From the NCBI GenBank assembly GCA_951406725.2, contig OX597825.1, positions 15,066,001 to 15,130,000 on the forward strand: 64,000 nucleotides of DNA, given 5' to 3'. How positions within the stretch are numbered: the stretch's first letter is position 1; each line of letters begins with the position of its first letter. Shown piece after piece: positions 53,491-64,000 of this stretch. Below the pieces are notes generated by a model that was not told where the DNA came from, ran no database searches, and was given only the letters and a program-made list of their open reading frames with translations. Both the position numbers and the translations under genes were made by a program. Source of the DNA: Octopus vulgaris (taxonomy: Eukaryota).

Positions 53491-54189
53491 GTACTAACTA
53501 TTTTCATTTTTATGTACTTTGTACATCAGATATAAACTGCAGTAATAATAAACATTTGGTCAATAATATGAGCCCCTATTTCGAATAATTTGTTATGCTT
53601 CCCACGTTATTGTGTTTCTGGAGGTTATTCCCTTTAAAGGGGTGAACGTGTGATTCAGTGCTTTAGCCACAAAATATATTTTATAATCAGAGCCGAGATC
53701 AAAGCATCACGACAAAGCAAGGAAGAGATCAGCTGATTGACACTAGTTCGAGTTACTTTATTCTCTTTCTACATCTATAGGAATACTGTGTAACTCTACC
53801 GAAAGAAAGTGAACTCTCGCTCTTCTGGATAGTATATATAGTACTAACTATTTTCATTTTCATGTACTTTGTATATGAGATATAAACCGAAGTAATAATA
53901 AAAATTTGATCCATAATATGAGCCCCTAATTCGAATAATTTATGATGCTTCCCACGTTATTGTTCTTCTGGACGTTATTCCCTTTAATGGAGTGAAAGTG
54001 TGATTCAGTGCTTTGGTCACAAAATATGGATATAACCAGAGCCGTGATCAAAGCGCGACTACAAACTAAGGGAGAGATCAGGTGATTGACACCAGTCCGA
54101 ATTAGTTACTTCTCTGTCTACATCTATAGGTATACTGTGTAACTCTACCGAAAGAAATTGAACCCTCGATTTTCTGGATAGTATATATA
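53491..54189. repeat. Diverged ~350-bp tandem duplication
   Basis: Units start gtactaactattttcatttt at 53491 and 53841 and end ttctggatagtatatata. Confidence 0.9.
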
Positions 54190-55321
54190 TATATTTATAG
54201 CATATGCAACAATCCCATAACTTATATCTAGGATGCATATTTTGAGAGGTTCGCCAAGGTCAACAATTCTTGTAGGGGAATAAGTAATGAATTTTATTAT
54301 ATTAGATTTTTACTTTTAGTTTAATAGACGTTACTCACATTTTATTTCTCTATTCAGGATATTTCTATTCAATTCGTGCTACTCTATTATTTCTGATTAT
54401 GACTCCATCAGTGAAAAGAAAATTATTTGTATATATATGTGTGTATATATATTTCAATGGAAATTACAAAGAATGTTATTCTTGCATTGCATTTGTATGG
54501 AACTGTTCTTCAATAAATAGCATCCCAACGATAAAGCAACAAATGTTTTTTTTTGTTTTTTTGCTTTTTTGCATTTGCTGTATACTTTATTCATATTTTT
54601 CAAATATATTGCGAGATTTCACTTCTTATCAAAATATGCCTCTTAGTATTGTTGTGGATATTTTCTTTTATATTCTTTACTGCTTTTTTTCATTATTATC
54701 ATTATTATTATTTCCTTTCGCTTCAAATATTTGTATGGGTATTTCAAATTTTCCTCTCAGAATGGCAGAAACTAAATTGTGACTTGAAATAAGTGTTTTT
54801 ATATAATATAAAATTTATCAGAATATGTGTTTCTCAGATCCAGTGAGAGGTAGCTTCAGTGCAGTAGTTCTGTCATGTGACAAAATAAAAAGAAATGTAA
54901 TATTTCAACGTACAAATCAGAGAGTAAATATAGGATGTTAAAAAAGGCTCCGTCAATAATGCACGTAATGGAATGGAAAAAGAAGAGCAATATTTGTCAA
55001 ACTGGTGATGCTATCTAGCTATAATATTATATGTATAATGAAAAGAAAATGTGAGACCAGCACGATTTCTTCTCTAGAAATATGATGAAATATTCATTCC
55101 CATTATACACTCAAACTCGTTTGATTTTTTTTTCTTAAAGGTATCTATGATCTAATATCTATCTGCACCGTAATATTCCTTAGATATTTCCCCTTATCTC
55201 ACTCGCTATTCCTCAAAATTCCTCTCGTATCAGTCTTTGTTTACGCTTGTTCATATATTTTCAGTAAAATTTTACAGTAATAAATTAACCGTTAATTGCA
55301 TTAATTTAATAAACTACACAT

Positions 55322-55732
55322 AGGCGCAGGAGTGGCTGTGTGGTAAGTAGCTTGCTAACCAACCACATGGTTCCGGGTTCAGTCCCACTGCGTGGCATCT
55401 TGGGCAAGTGTGTTCTGCTATAGCCCCGGGCCGACCAATGCCTTGTGAGTGGATTTGGTAGACGGAAACTGAAAGAAGCCTGTCGTATATATGTATATAT
55501 ATATGTATGTGTGTGTGTTTGTGTGTCTGTGTTTGTCCCCCTAACATTGCTTGACAACTGATGCTGGTGTGTTTACGTCCCCGTCACTTAGCGGTTCGGC
55601 AAAAACATACCGATAGAATAAGCACTGGGCTTACAAACAAATAATAAGTCCCGGGGTCGAGTTGCTCGACTAAAGGCGGTGCTCCAGCATGGCCGCAGTC
55701 AAATGACTGAAACAAGTAAAAGAGTAAAGAGT
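55322..55732 (+). mobile_element. Full-length SINE family C (CORE-like)
   Basis: ggcgcaggagtggctgtgtggtaag...gggttcagtccc...cttgggcaagtg; aagagtaaagag tail. Confidence 0.93.
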
Positions 55733-56019
55733 ATATCAGACAATATAAACAAAAATGAAACGTAAAATCTAGTGAGTAAATGTCTAAACATTAGGTCAAC
55801 GAGGTAAGAATACCGCCAAATGTATTTTGCATCATGGTTCACTGTCTCGAAGAAAAAACAAATATTGAATATTATAGGTATTGATATTGAATGAGATGAG
55901 AAGACTTTAATCATATGCTTATGATGCAAACACTGGCATATAGCTAAACAATTACTACATCATCGCTGAGTCATGGTTTGGGTTCATTTTATCTTTAATT
56001 GAGAGTGGCTTCAAGTGTT

Positions 56020-56218
56020 GGCACCAAGCCAGCAGTTTGGGAGGAGGGGTAAGTAGGTTACATCGACACCATTTCTCAACTGGTACTTAACTTCTCGACG
56101 CCGAAAGGAAGAAAGACAAAACCGACCTCAGCAGTATTTGAACTCAGAAAGTAAAGACGGATGAAATGCCGCTAAGTAATGTGCCCGGCGTGCTAACGAT
56201 TCTGCGAGATGTCGCCTT
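56020..56218 (-). mobile_element. Degenerate SINE family A
   Basis: actggtactt...atttgaactcagaa...cccggcgtgctaacgattctg. Confidence 0.8.
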
Positions 56219-56985
56219 CAGAGTTCGAACGCTGAAAATAGGCTAATGGTACAGTCGAATAACATTCCATGTTGTAAAGTATTGCAACGTTTATCAGTCT
56301 ATGAGATCTACCAAATTACAGCTTTATTAACTATGATAGTCAATTATTAATCTATCCCAAGATAACAGCATCATAACGAAGAAAAACAAACTACCAAATC
56401 TTCGTATAATTAATAAATATACCATATTAATAAACATATCACTCGGCTCGTGATGTCACGGCACTGGCATGACTATACTCCCCAGATAACTGTACGACCT
56501 AATCAATCAAGCTCATTTCTCACTAAAATCATGATATTCGGTTTCATTTTACATATTTAAAAATGAATAGTTGTGGCTTCGATGCTTTCGCATGTTCTCT
56601 TATTGCAACTGGTCATTAATCAAATGATATTTGCGGCTCAACGAAGTTTAGTATTATTAATTATTAGAAACTTGATTTTAATTCCAACGTAATATCTAAT
56701 ATTCTATGCTGTTTTCATGAAAATCACGTACTTTATTCTTTGTAATATGCTTGAATACTCTTATAATTTGGCCGTTTCCAACATCCAAACATTTTAAGCA
56801 AAGATAGGTTTAGCCAAAGGAGAATCATAAACGGCTTCCTTACCCAAAATATTGTTTAGGTAACAAAAACAAAATATACGTTATATAGATAGATAGAGAG
56901 ATAGATAGACAGATATATAGATAATACACATATAGATACATTCATATGTATGCATGCATATATACATAGATATACATACATTCTG

Positions 56986-57047
<62 letters not shown>

Positions 57048-57084
57048 ATGTGTGTGTATGTGTGTGTACATATATGTGTATATA

Positions 57085-57129
<45 letters not shown>

Positions 57130-57131
<2 letters not shown>

Positions 57132-57252
57132 AGTTTATCCAAACAAGAAAACACAACAACGCGAGGACATGGAACACATATAGTATTATTGGACGCTCAG
57201 GAAAGAAGGGAAGAATGAGGGTTTAACGTTTCGAGCGGAGCTCTTTGTCTGA
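57130..57252 (-). mobile_element. Putative Penelope-like fragment in microsatellite with HHR-like 3' half
   Basis: Minus strand: cagacaaa GAGC tcc GCTC GAAACG TTA aac. Confidence 0.5.
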
Positions 57253-60198
57253 CACAGACACACACACCTACACACACATATATATATATATAAGTATATG
57301 TATTTACACTTATATATACATTCAATATTATGTTACATCACGCATTGTGTTCCAACAGAACAAGATCTAATGGACTTCTCTCCATGCAGTGTATCACTTC
57401 CAATCAGTTTCGAGTTCCTACTGCATCCTAAACTGTACAAAGTATTCAAACATGGTAATATAAGGTAAAACTGTATTGTGACATCAAAGGGAAATATTAA
57501 TTATGAGATTTAGTGTTGTAGTAAATGAGCTCAATTATGTTACTTTATTGTTATATATGATAAAATTGTTCATGAATATATTCAGTTAGTTAATTAAACT
57601 GAGATTAATTTTTTTTCGCGAGATCACTTGAAAATATGTGATGGCAAAGGTTCTTTCTTAAAATATTACTGCAGATTTTAACACTGAGAGATGAAAAGAA
57701 ACATTAAACATATGGGATTCGAAAAAAAAAAGTATATTAATTCTCATGTGAAAATGTCGGAACATTTAATTACACTCCTCAGCTATTTGGGTAAAGTCAT
57801 GACTTAATCGTGCTGTAGGTTTCCTGATTTCATTAGGAAAGCATGCTGATAAAGACTCCAGATCAATTTATGCTATTTTTATTGTATTGATATTGCGGGT
57901 TGTGTTTCTTTTAATTTCGTTTTCTACGAATTTCTTTCTGTGAACCAAAAATAAAACAAAATGCAGTGAAATGCTACAAAACGTGGCTTTTAAATCTCAA
58001 ATGCAAGAAATACTTATCACAGGAGATTATTTCCTTTTTGTACCTACATATATATTTTTTTCATTGTAGCTCTATATTGACATCAATCAGTCACCCACCA
58101 GCATATTTCACATGCTTTTCTTTTTACTGAACTTGTACAAAAGTGTATACATAACCTTACATGGAGAACTTTCTTTTCTTCTTGAATGTTGGGGTTTTTA
58201 TCTGAGCTTTTACTTGCACGTCATTATCGCTGCATATGTATTTATCAAAAGCATATATGTGCGTGAATGTGTATAGCGTTGTATATAATAAGAAGTACAT
58301 GTTGTGTCTTATATGGTAAAACTCGCATACTTATACATGCAGAAATTCTCGAATATGAGTGCATATATCCTGATGCGTGCATACCTGTAAATGTAAGCAG
58401 TTGGAAGTAATGCAGATTCGGTTAACAAGTCATGTATAGATTTTGCTGTAAAGGTAAACGTTAGCAACAAAAAAACCTGTTCTAAATCATTCTTTCTCAA
58501 ATGTATTTAGAGTGTTTTTTCTTTATTATAAGTCCAAGTACCAAATACATATCTATACGCAACGATACTCATGTATGTTGTCGTCGATGCGTAATCCCCG
58601 GCACTACCTTCACCACATCATGGTTTATAAGAACTGCTAAGAATATCAATAATGGTAAAAGTTTAGCCGAAATGTCAAGTAGAAATGTCAGGTAAGCGGC
58701 AGTGTAAGGGATCTCTCAGATGGTTATTATGAAGTGATTACAGAGCTGCTGCTATGGTGAGGTATGCGCTGGGTTAATATACAGAAGATTAACATAGCAT
58801 AAATCTTATAGTAATGTTCGTGTATTTTGAAGTGGAGATGTCATATTGAAACTTTGTCGTTCTACAGTGAATCGTAGTTTTCGAAATACACATATAGAAT
58901 AAATAACAGAGGGATGGATACCTCAGCTATGAAAACAAGCTGCTCTACTTCAGCTTTTAATGCATAGAACAACGACAACAGTACCTGAGATACAATAATC
59001 AATTCATTATTAATTATTGATATTTAAAGCAATCTCCTCCTACTAAAACGGTGTATGTCTTATTCTTTGGCCTCTTAGAAGGAAACGGATATTTAATAGC
59101 AAACCTTAAGAGGTTGTATACAGCAGTTTCCGTCTCATATCAAATAATTTAAATAAAAAAGATATTTCATGTAGACGGTGAGTTAAAATCGTTTGTCCCT
59201 TTTCTTTTACACGGAATATAATATAAAATATTTCTTCTTCTATATGAAACTACAAAATTGATTTGATGAACGACGATGAGCCTTACAAAGCAAAGAAAAT
59301 GGATTCAGCAAAATGTTATCACTTTTTCTCGCATCTTTTACACCTGTCATCTTTTTTTTATTGTATTTCATAATGTGATCTAAAAATGCATAAGCAATGA
59401 TGATTCTTATTTTCCAATTGATAAACTAAAGAACCTGCTCAATATAACATATACATTCTAACTTCTTCTCAACAACCCTCCATTAAAATAAAATGGGTGA
59501 TCATCCACCAACAATTGCAACGGATGTAATAAATATGCGTAACATTAATATTCATTACTAACAACAGCCGCATTCAATCGTACAATTGGGAAGGTTCTTA
59601 TAAGCCACTTGTTACTAAATAGATCGGTAAAACCCCGTGTCTCAAATCATACATTTAGATTATAACATCAGTAAAGATCGATGACATTAGCTTTAAAATC
59701 TAGTCATTTAAAATCTAGTCATCTTAACTTTTGCATTTAGCTTTTTCTTAAATATATACAATATCAGAACCAATTAAGAATAGAAGATAACGATAACAAG
59801 AGATATAAAAAGTTCACATGAACTGTCAACATCATTAATGTAAATATGGCCATAGGCTATTTTCTTGACTCCACAAGCCGGTAACCCGCCAGTGTTTTGT
59901 TAACAAAGATATATATTGTTTTAGAATTATGTGGTAGACTCGAAAGAAAACATGTATTTGAATTAGCCATACAAGGCATTAAGTATCGTTGGAAATGTGT
60001 TTATGTAGAATATTTAATACCTATGATAAAATAAGCAATGATATTCATTATTTATAAATTCTCATAACAAATCCGGGGAATTATGCATTTGCTTATACCG
60101 AACCAAATCATTATCGACTATATTATTTTGTTACCCCATTCCACGTAAGGATAAAATTCAAAATTTAACACATCGTGTATTGAAACCAGAGCATATAG

Positions 60199-60590
60199 GT
60201 ATATTTATTACTTTGTTTCCCACAGGGGGATAAACACAGAGAGGACAAACAAGGACAGACAAACGGATTAAGTCGATTATAGAACCAAGAACCCGTTGGC
60301 TTGACACCATCAGGAGTGACACCGGAATGGACATGACCAATCTGAAGGAAGCGGCCCAGTATAGAACTGACTGGAAAACACTGATCCAACGAGTGACCGA
60401 GAGTCGACTTCGACTGACCGGATAGAGAGATATCGACCCCAGTATGTAACTGGTACTTATTTCATCGACCCCTGAAGGATGAAAGGCAAAGTCGACCTCG
60501 ACGGAATTTGAGCTCGGAACGTAACGGCAGAAGAAATAATGCTGAGCATATCGCCCGGCGTGCTAAAGCTTTTGCCAGCTGGGCGCCCCC
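60199..60590 (-). mobile_element. SINE family A interrupted by an RTE fragment
   Basis: Both SINE halves flank 60282..60430. Confidence 0.88.
60282..60430 (+). mobile_element. 3' end of an RTE-clade LINE
   Basis: PRTRWLDTIRSDTGMDMTNLKEAAQYRTDWKTLIQRVTESRLRLTG*, the typical RTE/BovB-like ORF C-terminus. Confidence 0.88.
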
Positions 60591-62130
60591 TGACCATATA
60601 GGTGTATTATATAAAAGTGTGTATACAAATGCAACTACAACTTATATTGTTTGGTGAGTTATGGAATATGTCATCGATTGCACAGTAAAACCAACCATTT
60701 GGTTTTTTATACCAACATTATCGTTGTCATTTTCTCATTATATTTTCTTTGTTGTGTGAATGTGTGTATATGCATTTACTGGAGTTGACGGCGTGGTAGG
60801 AATAAAAAAATCGTTTTATAGAAATATTTTTCTCTTGCCTTGATCTTATACTAATGGCCAAAATTTTCTGAGTCACAAGGCAGTATTAAAATCTATGATG
60901 ATGCCATTCATTGTTCTTTGATTGAGATAAAATGAAAATTTGGTTGATATTGTTTATGTGGAAAGTTGCCAACAACAACTAGTATTCTCTTGATGCCAGC
61001 AGTTTAGATCTCTTTAAGAGTGCAATATCGCATGCCTTAAATATATGCATTATTAACAATAACTGCAAAATATATACAGCAAATTATCGCGTTGCGTGAC
61101 AAATTCACAGATTGCTATATTATAAACGGAATTAATATTTGTGTGATTGTACAAGTTTATGTGTGTGTACATATATGCATGTGTGTATGTATATCTACCA
61201 GTATGTATGTATGTATTTATGTATGTATGTATGTATGTATGTATATGTGTATGTACGTATGTATGTATTTATACAGTGATGTGTAATTGTCTAGATATAT
61301 TGATCAATACGTAGATAGACAAATGCGTAGATATAAACTTGTGTAAGGTGATATTATGATTTCCCATTAGGAAGGGATATAAAATACACGGGAAAATAAT
61401 GGTGAAATGAAAAAAAAAGAATAATAATGTTTTCTTTATTAACTTCGAGGTGGTCCCGGTAGTGCCCGCGGATTTCTGGAAACTATTATTAGCTCCAGCA
61501 CGAAAACCTTCCGGAATGTACCACCCAGTTGGTTTTCCCCGACGTACAGCATTGCTCAGAACAATCTAATGGATTTTCCCACCACTAACACTCTATACAG
61601 CGCCATTTTGGGACCTCAGTCAAAAGTATTGAAAGGCTATCAGCACTTGACACAATATCTGAATAGTATTCAGTTGACACAAAACTATTGACTATAAGAA
61701 GTATTTGAAGAAGATTTAGTATAATTTCTTCATAATTTCGCTAAGCAGAATGGCAAAACCTGACTGAGGATATTTACAATCAAAATAATTCCATACATGA
61801 ATGAATCCTTTTTTTTTTAATCAAAAGTAATTACCTTTTGGGGAACGATAGGATATGAAATGGCTTCTATTCATAGAATTCGTTTCAAGGTATGGATAAC
61901 TCAGTCTCATCACTGTCGCCCCATTTTCGGTTAAGTTGTTGCTTTCCTTACTCGCAAATGTGGTTAAATGCATGACAAAATAACTGTGCCATTTAGTTCT
62001 GCGTCTTAACATTTTGTGCTCAGTACGGTTTAGAGTCAACTTAGAATGGTGGCATACTAAACCTCACGGCGTTATACTAAAACTGAACCATTGTACCTCC
62101 AGCAATAAATATAGGTTATTTCGACATTAC

Positions 62131-62724
62131 TTATTACCTCCGCCTTTACTAAGACGAGAAGTGTTCTTTTCAGTCGTGTTTGTTTGTTTGACCGTGGGCA
62201 AGATATCTCAAAAACCGCTAGATGGATTCGGATGAGACTTTCAGAGATGTATGGCATCGTGGCTAGCGCGAAGTGCTACATTTTGGGATCGATCCGGCCC
62301 AGACAAAGATAATGGATTATTTGTTATATTTATTTTACTTAAAATGATTACGATCTTACATTAACTTTCGAGTCTTTCTCAATCATCTCCCTATAGGCTG
62401 TAACTATTTTAAATGGAGAATTTGGTAACTTTGGCTCATATCAATTAAGGATAAAATATTTATTATTACTAAATTTTCGGCTGCCACCTTCAAATTTCAT
62501 GACTACCATTAGGGTCGATTACGCACCGGACAAGGATTCTGGATTATTTCCAAGGGTTTTTTTAATTAATTTTTGAGAGCGGTCGGGTTCATGTTTAGTA
62601 TTCTTGTTTGTAAGAGCAGTCGAGGTCATTTCAGATATTCTAATTTTAAAAATCATCTCTGGCTAACCGTTGAGAGGACGTTGTTGTTACTTTGACGGAG
62701 GTTTGCACTCTGAGTGCGTTTGTT
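62131..62724 (+). mobile_element. Helentron-associated non-autonomous element (HINE/DINE-like)
   Basis: Subterminal IRs acctccgcc / gacggaggt, gtttgtttgt microsatellite near the 5' end, 3' hairpin gcactctgagtgc, T-rich ends. Confidence 0.75.
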
Positions 62725-62884
62725 ATATATTGTATTTGTCAAGAAGGTGCATTTGCAACCACGTCGTTTCGTATGCAGTCGTAGTGCGCGATACCATGGG
62801 CAAACGTATTCTACCATTAGTCACGGGACAATCATTGACCTGTAGATGAATTAATGGAGGAAAAGTCTGTCGATTCCCACCGTA

Positions 62885-62896
62885 TTTATATATGTA

Positions 62897-62936
<40 letters not shown>

Positions 62937-63091
62937 TTATATATATATATATATGTATGTATATATATATATATATATGTAAGTATATATATATATGTAT
63001 GTATGTATATATATATATGTATGTATGTATGCATTTATATATATATATATACATATATATGTGTGTATGTATATACATATATATATATGGG

Positions 63092-63155
<64 letters not shown>
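62885..63155. repeat. (AT)n/(GT)n microsatellite
   Basis: Seen directly. Confidence 0.95.
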
Positions 63156-63157
<2 letters not shown>

Positions 63158-63279
63158 GCGTCTGCGTCTTTCTGTTTGTATTTGACCTTCCATCGCTTGA
63201 CAGTGGATATTGAATTATTTACGACACTTGATAGCGGTTGCCCAGCATAAGGGATTGAGAGAAAATTTGCAACATTTGA

Positions 63280-63467
<188 letters not shown>

Positions 63468-64000
63468 AATAGGGTCGATTTGTTCCACTAAACCCACACC
63501 GTGCTGCAGCATGACAGCAGCCTATGAAGGAAACATGTAAAAACTAAAATGTCAACTAATTTAATTATTTTGGAGCTGATTAAACTTGAATTAGCTCTGA
63601 GGAGCATACTTGCGGACAGACGTTTTTTCTTTGTGATCATTTTGCCGTAATTAAAGTATCTCGGAAGAATATTTAATCAAGTATATCCTATTAGACGTAT
63701 GATTCGGAGGAAATATAGCTGCCTACTTTTGATAATTTTTAGTGTATGTCTACTTAAACGAACTACTAGTAATGTTGCTGCATCTTTAAGTATTCCATTA
63801 ATCCTATTAACATTTAATAATTAGTAAGAAAGTGGAGCTTAGAAGGAAAACTGGTGTTGTCCCCGCAAACTACTACCTGCATACAATTTCATTACACGGT
63901 TGAAAAACTAAAAAATATTTCCAAGTGTTGAACGTACTAAATGACTAACCTGCACGAAAAAAATATGCTTCGCCGTTGCCACAAAGTACGGAAGTATCAA

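Noticed and set aside
61443-61691. 82-codon stop-free frame in a GC-richer patch
   Set aside because: No start or splice context and no recognisable domain.

Overview
AT-rich, repeat-saturated animal DNA with no confidently identifiable host protein-coding gene; it reads as intronic or intergenic. The mix of tRNA-derived SINEs and dense (AT)n/(GT)n/(AAT)n/(GATA)n microsatellites points to a coleoid cephalopod, probably Octopus (inference). Almost all listed ORFs are microsatellite or SINE artefacts. The window holds about 25 SINE copies from four modular families, two head-to-tail ORF1-only (CCHC knuckle) non-LTR elements, a non-autonomous Helitron, a Helentron-type element, Tc1 and mariner relics, a Gypsy relic and RTE pieces. 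The most interesting signal is a set of largely unrelated inserts, nearly all within or next to (AT)n tracts, that carry type I hammerhead ribozyme (HHR) motifs of the Penelope-like element (PLE)/retrozyme kind. These include a 546-547 bp tandem HHR repeat whose inverted third copy has lost precisely the ribozyme core (27.6-29.2 kb), a 312 bp near-perfect palindrome with an HHR on each strand (42.6-42.9 kb) and a clean solo HHR at 14.8 kb. All structures were folded by eye; no database searches were run.
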